The notes under the pieces were generated by a model. The model was not told the origin of the DNA and ran no database searches. It saw only the letters and a list, made by a program, of their open reading frames with translations. From NCBI GenBank assembly GCA_036558125.1, contig DATBGE010000146.1:52222-116221 (forward strand): a stretch of 64,000 bases of DNA, read 5' to 3'. Shown here piece after piece: positions 17,632 through 26,414 of this stretch (positions are counted from its first letter, which is position 1; each line of letters starts with the position of its first letter). Origin of the DNA: Gemmatimonadales bacterium (lineage in GTDB: Bacteria > Gemmatimonadota > Gemmatimonadetes > Gemmatimonadales > GWC2-71-9). A program made the translations under genes and the position numbers.

Positions 17632-20255
17632 CGGCCTCCGCCAACTCCCCGCACGATACCTTCCGCCCGCAAGCCGCGGGGAAATTGCTCCGCCACGGCG
17701 AGGACCTGCTCGGCAGTGACGGCGCGATAACGATCGGCTGTTCCCTCCAAGTCGGCCAAGCCGTTTCCGGTGAGCCAGGCCTCGACGATCTCTGAAGCAA
17801 GGGCCGAGGCCGATTGGCGTTCGACGTCAACCTGGCCGGCGAGATAGTTTCTGGCCCGGTTGAGCTCCTCCGCGGTCACCCGATCCACAGCGAAACGTGA
17901 CAGTTCTTCCAGCATCGCCGACCGAGCCTCGGCCTCCCGCTCCGGCGCGGTTGCGATGTAGGTGAGCAGCGCTCCGCCCCGTCCCTTCTGCCACGAAGAC
18001 GCCACCACGGTGTAGGCCAGCGATCGCTTGTCGCGCAGCGCCTCGAACAATCTGCCACCGAGCCCGCTCGCAATCGCCGCCCAGAGCTCGGCTGCGAGCC
18101 GCTGCGGACTCCTGCGGGAGGGCCCGGGGAAAACCATCGCCACTGCCGTCTGGGCCTTACTCCGGTTGACGACCCGCTCGACCGGCTCGCCGTCGTTGAA
18201 CCAGGGGAGATCCTCCGACCGGAAGGCAGAAGTTCTGGCCGCGTCGTCTCCGAACACTCCGGCAAGGGCATCGCGTGCCTGCTCCGGGGTAAGATCGCCG
18301 ACGGCAACCACGACGCCGCGCAGTGGATCGATACCGGTCCGGTGCCAGGCCCGCACATCTTCCGGAGTGAGAGCGAAGACAGTGTCGGGGAATCCGATTA
18401 CGGGAACTCCATACCCGCGATCGCCAAATGCTGCGCCGAAGGCGAGCTGGAAGGGATAGCGGAACATGTCGTCCGTTACCTGAGCCGCCTCTTCGGCCAG
18501 CAGTCTCTGCTCCGCCCGCACCTGTTCGTCGCGGAATAGCGGTTCCCGAAAAACGGACCTCAGGAGTCCTGCCGCTTCCGCCAGATTCGGCGCGAGCACC
18601 GTCGTCCCGAAACCGAACCAATCGTAGGTGACGCTCGATGCGAGGGAGCCTCCCAACCGCTCGAACGCGAACGCCAATCCGGCAGCGTCGAACTCCCCTG
18701 CTCCACGAATCGCACTGCGAATGGTCAGCGCGCCGAGACCTGCCTGGCTCGCTGGCTCGAAGTGTAGTCGCGGAACGTAGAGACCGAGTGAGACGGTGGG
18801 CACTCCCGGCTTGCGCTGGATCAGCAGATCCCAGGCGGGAAGCGCCGCATGCATCAGGCCAGCTTCGACGCGACTCGGGATCGTCCGCGGAGCTCTGACA
18901 GGCGCCGGCACGGCCGAAAGCTCACGGACGCTGCTGGTCCCGGACCGGGAGAATGCGCCAGTGAGGATGCTGGGCGTCAGATCATCCCCTCGGTCGCGCG
19001 GATGACAAACCACCGCCGCCAACCGGTCCGGCAGCAGGATTCTCGCGGCCGCTTCACAGACCCGATCACCATCGATCGTGGCGAGTTCCTGAAACTCCCG
19101 ATCCAGCAGGGAGATGTCCTCGAGCGCTTCGGCCCCCGCGAGTGCGGCCGCTCGACCCACCATGGACTCCATGCGACGCGCCCATCGGGTAAGCAGAAGG
19201 GCCCGGGCCCGTTCCAGGTCCGCAGCGGGAGCACTCTTCGTGGTCAGCCGATTGACCGCGGCAGCCATTGCTTCGAGGACCGCTTCCATCCGGGCGGGCT
19301 CGAACTCGGCGCCGATACTGAACACGCCGATCTCGGTCGGCGAGTAGTGGTGCGCACCCACCGAAGTCGCGATGCCGGCCTCGCGCAGGCCCTGGTACAG
19401 CCAGCTCCCTCTTCCCGCACCCAGAATCGCGGCAGCGAGGTCGAGCGCCACAGCGTCGCGATCCAGGGCGGGGACACCCTGCCATCCGATCGCCAGCTCG
19501 CTCAGAGTGACATCGGCCCGAAGAGTCCGTCCCCGGACGTCATGGCGATCCGGCTCGGCCGGTGATAAATCGATCGCGCCGGGTGCTGGAGCCCAGTTCC
19601 CGTACGCCGCGCGAGCGAGATCCAGAGCAGCCTCCGGATCTACGTCTCCTACAATCCCTACAATGGTTCGCGACGGCACGTAACGGGACTTGTAGTAACC
19701 GAGCACGTCCTCCCGGGTGAACTTGGCGAGATCCTCCTCTCGCCCGATACGCCAGCGCCGCATTCGGTGCCGGTCGTACAGGGTTTCATGCAGGGTTTCC
19801 GCGGTGAGCGCGGCCGGAGTGTCGAGCTTTCTCCGGGCTTCCTGGATCACGACGCCGAGCTCCCGGCGCAACTCGTCGGGATCTATGAGTGAGTGCTGCA
19901 ACGCATCGGCCTGAATGTCGATCGCGGCCTGAAGACTCGAGGACGGCAGGGCGACGATATAGGAGGTGTGATCGTAGCTCGTCGATGCGTTGAGATAGCC
20001 GCCGGCGGCCTTGGTCTCTTTGGCAATCTCGCCAACTCGGCGGCGCAACGTCCCTTTGAAGAACATGTGCTCCAGCACATGGGAGATGCCGACCCACTTA
20101 TCCGGCTCGTCGAAGAATCCCGCCTTGACGTGAGTGACGAGCGCGGCAACTCGCGCGGACCGTTCGGGCAGCACCAACAGGGTCAGCCCGTTGGGCAGTA
20201 CCTCGCGGCGTACTCCCTGAGTCCAGCCGGGGAGAGAGAGCGGTGAGATGGCCAT
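17628..20255 (-). CDS. M16-family (pitrilysin/insulinase) zinc peptidase, double-unit
   Basis: Inverted zinc motif HVLEHMFFKGT (HxxEH). 875 aa, equal to two tandem M16 halves. Confidence 0.9.
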   Translation of the reverse strand: MAISPLSLPGWTQGVRREVLPNGLTLLVLPERSARVAALVTHVKAGFFDEPDKWVGISHVLEHMFFKGTLRRRVGEIAKETKAAGGYLNASTSYDHTSYIVALPSSSLQAAIDIQADALQHSLIDPDELRRELGVVIQEARRKLDTPAALTAETLHETLYDRHRMRRWRIGREEDLAKFTREDVLGYYKSRYVPSRTIVGIVGDVDPEAALDLARAAYGNWAPAPGAIDLSPAEPDRHDVRGRTLRADVTLSELAIGWQGVPALDRDAVALDLAAAILGAGRGSWLYQGLREAGIATSVGAHHYSPTEIGVFSIGAEFEPARMEAVLEAMAAAVNRLTTKSAPAADLERARALLLTRWARRMESMVGRAAALAGAEALEDISLLDREFQELATIDGDRVCEAAARILLPDRLAAVVCHPRDRGDDLTPSILTGAFSRSGTSSVRELSAVPAPVRAPRTIPSRVEAGLMHAALPAWDLLIQRKPGVPTVSLGLYVPRLHFEPASQAGLGALTIRSAIRGAGEFDAAGLAFAFERLGGSLASSVTYDWFGFGTTVLAPNLAEAAGLLRSVFREPLFRDEQVRAEQRLLAEEAAQVTDDMFRYPFQLAFGAAFGDRGYGVPVIGFPDTVFALTPEDVRAWHRTGIDPLRGVVVAVGDLTPEQARDALAGVFGDDAARTSAFRSEDLPWFNDGEPVERVVNRSKAQTAVAMVFPGPSRRSPQRLAAELWAAIASGLGGRLFEALRDKRSLAYTVVASSWQKGRGGALLTYIATAPEREAEARSAMLEELSRFAVDRVTAEELNRARNYLAGQVDVERQSASALASEIVEAWLTGNGLADLEGTADRYRAVTAEQVLAVAEQFPRGLRAEGIVRGVGGGR

Positions 20256-20264
20256 TCTGAAAAT

Positions 20265-20294
20265 GGTAGCGCCGCACGAGGGTGCGGCGCTACC
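20265..20294 (-). terminator. 13-bp perfect GC-rich hairpin between the TPR gene and the M16 peptidase
   Basis: GGTAGCGCCGCAC-gagg-GTGCGGCGCTACC. On the minus strand it is followed by ATTTTCAGA and then the peptidase ATG. Confidence 0.6.
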
Positions 20295-20330
20295 ACAGCC
20301 GGAGGAGCCGGCCGATGAAGGAGTTTGCGC

Positions 20331-21446
20331 TCAGACCAGCCGAAGAACCCCCGCCTCGACGCTGCCCAGGATGAACGCTTCGGCGTCGGTGGTCGGGATG
20401 ATGACCCCGGTCTCAGCCGCGCCACGCCGGGCCAGATCAACCATGAACTCCATCATAGTCGCGTGAGCCCACTCCCGGTCCGCCGCCTTCATCTGCTGCA
20501 GAATCTCTTCGAACGAACCGCGGAAGGTGCGGCCTGTGAGGGTCGTGACCGCGTGAGGCCCGCCGCCAGTCGGGCGCTTCTGCATGGCGTGCAGTTCGGT
20601 GAGCAGCGTCCCGAAGAGCTCGAGCTGCGTCGGATCCCGCAGGGTGCCGTCGGGCTGGGTCGCCTCGACCTCGGCCAACAGCAGATCCAGACTGTCCGGC
20701 TCGCCGGCGACCTCGCCCAGCCTGGTAAACCAGGGCCGCAGCTCGGGATCGTCGTCTGGCAGGTGGTAGACCGATTTCTTGAGCTCGATCAGCCGCCAGA
20801 TGCCCAGCTCGTCGTAGTGATCCTCGGGGACGGTTTGATGCAGATGATGCAGGGCCGCCTCGGTCTCACCGCGATCATAGAGCATATTCGCGAGATAGAT
20901 CCGCGACTCGCAGTAGTGCGGATCGATCTGCAAGGCCCGGCGCAACCAGTAGAGAGCGCCGCTGTCATCGTTCAGCCGGTGCGCCGCGTACCCGACACAG
21001 GCCGAGGCCTCGGCGCAATCGGGCTGCGCGTTGACCGCGAATTCGAAGAACCGCTGCGCCGCGGCGAGAATTCCCTCCCGGAACAGGGCACGGCCGATCT
21101 GCAGCATCAGCTCGTGATCGTCCCGGAAGCCCAGCACCAGGATCTGCTCGAACGCTGTTAGCGCTCCGTGACGATCCCCCAGCTTGAGCAGCACCTCTCC
21201 GTATCCCGCCAGCGCGTCTTCGTGATCCGAATCGAGCGCCAGAGCGGTCTCAAAACTGCGCCGCGCCCACGCGATTTCTTCACGGGCGAGAAACGCGTAA
21301 GCCATCCCGACGTGGAGTTCCACGGAGTTGGGATAGAGGGCGGTGCCTTCTCGGAGAAGCTCGACGGCGTCGTCGTAATGGCCGTCGTTGTACAACTGGT
21401 GGGCGTGTTCGTCGTAGTCGTCGGAGCTGAAAAACCGATCGTCCAT
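20331..21446 (-). CDS. Tetratricopeptide-repeat protein
   Basis: Repeated TPR-like A/Y/L periodicity (for example YDDAVELLREGTALYPNS). ATG 21446 is preferred over the track start. Confidence 0.75.
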   Translation of the reverse strand: MDDRFFSSDDYDEHAHQLYNDGHYDDAVELLREGTALYPNSVELHVGMAYAFLAREEIAWARRSFETALALDSDHEDALAGYGEVLLKLGDRHGALTAFEQILVLGFRDDHELMLQIGRALFREGILAAAQRFFEFAVNAQPDCAEASACVGYAAHRLNDDSGALYWLRRALQIDPHYCESRIYLANMLYDRGETEAALHHLHQTVPEDHYDELGIWRLIELKKSVYHLPDDDPELRPWFTRLGEVAGEPDSLDLLLAEVEATQPDGTLRDPTQLELFGTLLTELHAMQKRPTGGGPHAVTTLTGRTFRGSFEEILQQMKAADREWAHATMMEFMVDLARRGAAETGVIIPTTDAEAFILGSVEAGVLRLV

Positions 21447-21535
21447 CGGGGGGTGCCTCCGGTGACGAATGATCTTAAAGTAGGAAGGTCGCCCATCGGG
21501 AACAAGGGAGGCCTCCCTTCCCAAGTCCTTTCCAG

Positions 21536-21577
21536 TTGACAATCTACGCGTCAAAAATATATTACTGGCTGGTCAGT
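21536..21577 (+). promoter_or_regulatory. Sigma-70-type promoter plus a candidate TetR operator
   Basis: TTGACA at 21536-21541, a 16-nt spacer, then TATATT at 21558-21563. An imperfect palindrome ACTGGCTGGTCAGT lies at 21564-21577. AGGAG is 9 nt before ATG 21597. Confidence 0.55.
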
Positions 21578-21596
21578 TATTTAGGAGACAGGTCAT

Positions 21597-22268
21597 ATGT
21601 CGAGCTCAACTGCTGAAGATCGCCTGCCCCGCTGGCAACGCCGACCCGAGTCGCGGCCCGAAGAGATCATCGGCGCAGCCCTGCACGTCTTCGGCGAGCA
21701 GGGGTTTGCCCGCACTCGGCTCGAGGACGTTGCGAAGCGTGCGGGAGTGAGCAAGGGAACGCTGTACCTCTACTTCAAATCCAAGGAAGACCTCTTCCGC
21801 GAGATGGCGCGGTCGTGTGTGAGTGCCAGCCTCGCCGAAGGGGAGGAATTTGTCCGCACCTTCCAGGGCTCGACCAGAGAACTGCTCGAACAATTCATCC
21901 GTCGCTACTGGGCCAAGATGAATGATCCCGTGAATCTCCGGCTGATTCGAGTCGTCCATCTCGAGCTCACCAACTTCCCCGAGCTGGCCCGCTTCTACTT
22001 CCAGGAAGTCATCATGCAGATGCGGAGCCTGATCCAGTCGATCATCCAGCTGGGGATCGAGCGGGGCGAGTTCCGGCCCGTGAATCCGGGATTTGCTGCC
22101 CGGGCGCTGCAAACCCTCTGCACGCAACTGGCGCAGTACCAGCACCATTTCCGCGCTTACGACCTCCATCCCATGTCGCACGAAGAGCTGCAGTCGGGGA
22201 TCATCGATCTATATCTGAACGGTGTCCTGCTGCAGCCTGGTTCAGCAGAGTTGAAGGAAGCAGTATGA
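21597..22268 (+). CDS. TetR-family transcriptional regulator
   Basis: N-terminal HTH RLEDVAKRAGVSKGTLYLYFKSKEDLF. Confidence 0.9.
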   Translation: MSSSTAEDRLPRWQRRPESRPEEIIGAALHVFGEQGFARTRLEDVAKRAGVSKGTLYLYFKSKEDLFREMARSCVSASLAEGEEFVRTFQGSTRELLEQFIRRYWAKMNDPVNLRLIRVVHLELTNFPELARFYFQEVIMQMRSLIQSIIQLGIERGEFRPVNPGFAARALQTLCTQLAQYQHHFRAYDLHPMSHEELQSGIIDLYLNGVLLQPGSAELKEAV

Positions 22269-23566
22269 CCCGTATCTCACTCTTGGTTCTCGCTACTCTG
22301 GCACTCACTCAGAGTGCGGCGGCGCAGGTCAGTCCCGGGCCGCTCACCTTGGCTCAGGCCATTGCGCTGGGCCGGGAGCGCGGCATTAACGCAGCCCTGG
22401 CCCGTTACAACGTCCAAGTGGCGGAAGCCCGCAAAGGCCAGCGGCGGGCGGACCTGCTGCCCAGCGTCACGCTGAACGGTTCTGTCGCTCGCAAGACGAT
22501 CAACTTCGAAGAGTTCGGGTTCCCCGGGATCATCGGGGTGGGCCCTGACTTCAATGTGCTGAATTTCAACGTCCAGGCCTCGCAGACGATTTTCAACATG
22601 AGCTCGATTTCGCGGCTTCATGCGGCAAAAGATTCGGCATTGGCCAGCGGCTACGACGCACGGGCCGTCGGTGATCTCTCCGCCGCCGAGGCGGGCCTGG
22701 CATACCTGCAGGTCTTGAGTGCTGAGGAGGCCGTCGCGGCCCGCATGGCCGACAGCACCATCGCTGCCGAGCTGCTCGACCAGGCAAGGAAGCTGACTGC
22801 GGCAGGCGTGAGTCCGATCATCGACCAGACCCGGAGCGAGGTGAACTTCGCCGCGGTCCGGACCCAGCTGGAGGTGGCGCGCAACGAGCGCGACCGGGCC
22901 CGGCTGGATCTGGCGCGCGTGCTCGAGCTCCCTCCCTCTCAGCCGATCGTCCTTTCGGATTCGCTGGGGCCGGCCACGATGACCGTGCCGAGGGATAGCG
23001 ACGAGGCCGTCGCGTTCGCGTTGGAGCACCGCCCCGACATGCTCGCCGAGCAGCAGAGAACCAAGGCGGTCGAGACCTCGCTTCGCGCAATTGGACAGGA
23101 ATACATCCCCAATGTCGTCGCCACAGGGGCGCTCTTCGAGAGCGGGAAGGAATTCAGTACTCTCGACAACACCTACCTGGTGCAACTCGGCATCAGCCTC
23201 CCGCTGCTCGATGGTTGGAAACGCCCGGCCCGGCAACAAGAAGGGCAGGCTAGGCTGGACGCGCAGAAGCTCCGGGAAAGCCACCTCCGCCTCGAAGTGG
23301 AAACAGAAACCCGGCAGGCACTGTTGGATCTGACCTCCGCTGAGCAGCAGGTGACCCTGGCTACCGACCGGGTGCGCCTCTCGGAACAGGAACTGGCGCA
23401 GGCCCAGCAGCGCTTTGACGCAGGCGTGGCAGGCAGCATCGAGACGACCAATGCGCAGGGTGCGCTTTTCACGGCCCGAAACGCGTTGATCCAGGCTCGC
23501 GTTGGATATGCAACCGCCCGGGTGAGGACCTATCGGGCGCTGGGTGTCGTAGATCAACTCCAGTAA
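22265..23566 (+). CDS. TolC-family outer membrane efflux protein
   Basis: Signal peptide and two-repeat OEP architecture. ATGA overlap with tetR. Confidence 0.85.
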   Translation: MTRISLLVLATLALTQSAAAQVSPGPLTLAQAIALGRERGINAALARYNVQVAEARKGQRRADLLPSVTLNGSVARKTINFEEFGFPGIIGVGPDFNVLNFNVQASQTIFNMSSISRLHAAKDSALASGYDARAVGDLSAAEAGLAYLQVLSAEEAVAARMADSTIAAELLDQARKLTAAGVSPIIDQTRSEVNFAAVRTQLEVARNERDRARLDLARVLELPPSQPIVLSDSLGPATMTVPRDSDEAVAFALEHRPDMLAEQQRTKAVETSLRAIGQEYIPNVVATGALFESGKEFSTLDNTYLVQLGISLPLLDGWKRPARQQEGQARLDAQKLRESHLRLEVETETRQALLDLTSAEQQVTLATDRVRLSEQELAQAQQRFDAGVAGSIETTNAQGALFTARNALIQARVGYATARVRTYRALGVVDQLQ

Positions 23567-23587
23567 CGGAACGAACAGGAAGCTTTT

Positions 23588-24676
23588 ATGGCAACGCATG
23601 CAGTCGAATCGACTCTCGAGACTTCAGTCCCCGCCAGGAAACGGCGGGTGCTGCCGATGCTTGTTGTGACCGCCGCCGCGCTCGTCCTGGGAGCATTCGC
23701 CATCACCAAGTGGCGCTTCTCCCAGACGCATGAGTCGACGGACAATGCCCAGGTTGATGGCCACATCACAGTCATCTCGCCCCGGGTCCAGGCCTTCGTC
23801 TCCCAGGTTCGGGTGGACGACAATCAGCGGGTAAACCAGGGCGACACGCTGGTTGTGCTGGACGATCGGGACCTGCGGGTGAAGGAGGCTCAAGCCAGGG
23901 CCGACCTTGCGAGCGCACTGGCGGCAGCGGGAAACCAGACCCGTGGCGGGCAAGCGCAGGCTCAACTCGCCTGGAGCGAGGCTCAGGCTTCGAGCGCGCA
24001 GGCCAACATCGCTTCAGCCGAGGCGGCCGCCCGGAAGGCCGCAGCGGACCTGGAACGGATGAAAGTGCTGGCCAACGAACGCATCGTACCAGCGCAACAG
24101 CTGGATGAATCCGAGGCTGCGGCCGATGCCGCAAAGGCCAATCTCTCCGCCGCACAGAAGCAGGCCTCCGCGGCGCAGAGCCAGGTCTCGGCGTATGGCG
24201 CGGCGGTTACCGGGGCAACCGCCCGCTTGGAGAGTGCTCAGGCAGCGCTCGACAACGCGCAGCTCCAGCGGAGCTACACCGTCATCACAGCCCCCATGAC
24301 CGGAGTCGTGGCCAAGCGAACCGTGGAGCCCGGCGCTCTGGTCAGTGTTGGCCAGGGATTAATGCAGCTGATTCCGGAAAACGACATGTGGGTCACAGCG
24401 AACCTCAAGGAGACGCAGGTCCGCGATGTGAATCCCGGCGACAAGGCCAACTTCACGGTTGATGCCTATCCGGGCCGCACGTTTTACGGTCACGTCGAGA
24501 GCCTGAGTCCGGCGACCGGTGCCAAGTTCTCTCTGCTCCCACCCGACAACGCTACGGGGAACTTCACCAAGGTGGTTCAGCGGGTCCCGGTAAGGATCGC
24601 AGTGGACTCCGGTGCCGATGCCGAGCATCCACTGCGCCCGGGCATGTCGGTCGACGTCACGATCCAGACCAAGTAA
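23588..24676 (+). CDS. HlyD/EmrA-family membrane fusion protein
   Basis: N-terminal TM segment, long Ala/Gln-rich coiled coil and a barrel-sandwich ending (RPGMSVDVTI). Confidence 0.9.
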   Translation: MATHAVESTLETSVPARKRRVLPMLVVTAAALVLGAFAITKWRFSQTHESTDNAQVDGHITVISPRVQAFVSQVRVDDNQRVNQGDTLVVLDDRDLRVKEAQARADLASALAAAGNQTRGGQAQAQLAWSEAQASSAQANIASAEAAARKAAADLERMKVLANERIVPAQQLDESEAAADAAKANLSAAQKQASAAQSQVSAYGAAVTGATARLESAQAALDNAQLQRSYTVITAPMTGVVAKRTVEPGALVSVGQGLMQLIPENDMWVTANLKETQVRDVNPGDKANFTVDAYPGRTFYGHVESLSPATGAKFSLLPPDNATGNFTKVVQRVPVRIAVDSGADAEHPLRPGMSVDVTIQTK

Positions 24677-24682
24677 GGACAG

Positions 24683-26269
24683 ATGGCGACGTTTGCACTG
24701 CCTGCCCGGCAGGTCCGCCTCTCACGGGAAGCGGTTTACAGCGCCCGCTACCTCATTGCCTTCGCGGTAGTGTCGGCAAGCGTTCTCGAGCTGGTGGACA
24801 CCAGCATCGTGAACGTGGCGATTCCCCACATGATGGGGAACCTGGGTGCGACACTGGACGAGATCGCCTGGGTCAGCACAGGCTATATCGTAGCCAACGT
24901 CATCATCCTGCCGTTGACCAGCTGGCTGTCGGACCGCTTCGGCCGCCGGAACTACTACACCGGCTCGATCATCCTTTTTACGATCGCGTCCTTCCTCGCC
25001 GGCAATGCCCACACGCTGGAGGAGTTGATCGCCGCCCGGGTGATCCAGGGCATCGGTGGTGGCGCGCTCATCTCCACGGCCCAGGCCATTCTGTTCGACG
25101 TCTTTCCGTTGCGGGAACGCGGGAAGGCAATGGCCATCTTCGGCATGGGCGTGATGGTGGGGCCAACGCTGGGACCCACCCTGGGCGGTTGGATCACCGA
25201 CAACTATTCCTGGCCCTGGATCTTCTACATCAACATCCCGCTCGGCATCCTGGCGGCGATGATGACCTGGCGGTACGTGCCCGAGCCCGAGCACCCGAAC
25301 GAGCGGGTGGACCACGTGGACTGGCTCGGTCTGGCGCTGCTGATCGTCGGCATCGGGTGCCTCCAGGTCCTGCTCGAACGGGGAGAGTCCAAGGGATGGT
25401 TCGAGTCAAATGAGATCCGGACCGAGACTCTGCTTGCCACGGTCGCTCTGATCGGGTTCGTGTGGCACGAGCTGACCACCGAACATCCGGTCGTAGACCT
25501 GCGCATCCTGCGCAACCGCCAGCTCGCGGCCGGCGTCGTGTTCGGACTGATTCTTGGCTTCGCCCTGTACGCCAGCGTCTTCGCCTTGCCGGTGTTTCTG
25601 CAGACGCTGCGGGGATACACCGCGTGGGATACCGGGAAAGTGATCCTGCCGGGCGCCATTGCCAGTGCGATCACGATGGCTGTCACCGGGCGAATTACCG
25701 GCAAGGTGGATGCGCGCTATCTGATCGTCACGGGAGTGGGACTCTTCTTCTGGGCGATGTGGCTGCATTACCACTTCACACTCGAGATCGGGATGCACGA
25801 TCTCTTGCTGCCGATGATCCTCCGTGGCGTGGGCCTCGGTCTCATCTTCGTCCCGCTCACCCAGGTCGCCGTCGCCGACCTCCGTCCCCAGCAGCTTGCT
25901 CAGGGGACGGGCCTCTTCAACCTCTCTCGTCAGTTGGGCGGCAGCTTTGGGATCGCCGTGGCGGCGACGTTGCTGACCCGATTCACCGAGCAGAGTCGCG
26001 AGGGTCTGCGCGCGCACCTGACACCGACAGAGCCATCGACCGCTGCCTGGCTGCAGGCGACCGTGGCCCGGATGCAGCACCTGGGTGGCAGCTTCCAGGA
26101 AGCCCAGGCGAGAGCGTATCGCCTGCTCAATCTCCACCTCGACGCCCAGGCCGGCATGATCGCGTTCGAGAAGGTCTTCCTGATCATGGGAATCACCTTC
26201 GTCATCGCGTTGCCGCTTCTGCTGCTGTTCCGGACGGGAAGGACGCAGGGAGGGCCGGTCGGACACTAG
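24683..26269 (+). CDS. MFS transporter, DHA2 (EmrB/QacA, 14-TMS) family
   Basis: 528 aa, about 14 TM segments, motif SDRFGRRN. Confidence 0.9.
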   Translation: MATFALPARQVRLSREAVYSARYLIAFAVVSASVLELVDTSIVNVAIPHMMGNLGATLDEIAWVSTGYIVANVIILPLTSWLSDRFGRRNYYTGSIILFTIASFLAGNAHTLEELIAARVIQGIGGGALISTAQAILFDVFPLRERGKAMAIFGMGVMVGPTLGPTLGGWITDNYSWPWIFYINIPLGILAAMMTWRYVPEPEHPNERVDHVDWLGLALLIVGIGCLQVLLERGESKGWFESNEIRTETLLATVALIGFVWHELTTEHPVVDLRILRNRQLAAGVVFGLILGFALYASVFALPVFLQTLRGYTAWDTGKVILPGAIASAITMAVTGRITGKVDARYLIVTGVGLFFWAMWLHYHFTLEIGMHDLLLPMILRGVGLGLIFVPLTQVAVADLRPQQLAQGTGLFNLSRQLGGSFGIAVAATLLTRFTEQSREGLRAHLTPTEPSTAAWLQATVARMQHLGGSFQEAQARAYRLLNLHLDAQAGMIAFEKVFLIMGITFVIALPLLLLFRTGRTQGGPVGH

Positions 26270-26272
26270 ACA

Positions 26273-26410
26273 GCGGGAACGAGGAACATTTGTAGCGGCT
26301 GGCACACTGAAGAACGAATAGGAACCAGGAATCGGCCAGCTTAATTTTAGCTTCTGTTCTCTGTTCTCTGTTCTCTGTTCTCTGTTCCCTGTTCCCTGTT
26401 CCCGCTTCTC
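26273..26410. repeat. Heptamer array (4x TGTTCTC, 3x TGTTCCC, plus degenerate GCTTCTC) with a complementary purine-rich arm
   Basis: Units run from 26355 to 26403, and to 26410 with the degenerate unit. GCGGGAACGAGGAACA at 26273-26288 matches the reverse complement of TGTTCCCTGTTCCCGC at 26390-26405 in 14 of 16 positions. An inner GCTGGC...GCCAGC stem is present. Confidence 0.9.
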
Positions 26411-26414
26411 GCCT

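Noticed and set aside
22277-23599. A 440-aa ORF antisense to the TolC gene. Similar long antisense ORFs lie at 25406-26656, 27591-28712, 37199-38950, 56773-58350, 60933-62123, 11943-12944 and 53797-54675.
   Set aside because: These are typical shadow ORFs of a GC-rich genome. They are Arg/Pro/Gly-rich and low in complexity, carry no motifs, and each fully overlaps a gene with clear family signatures on the other strand.
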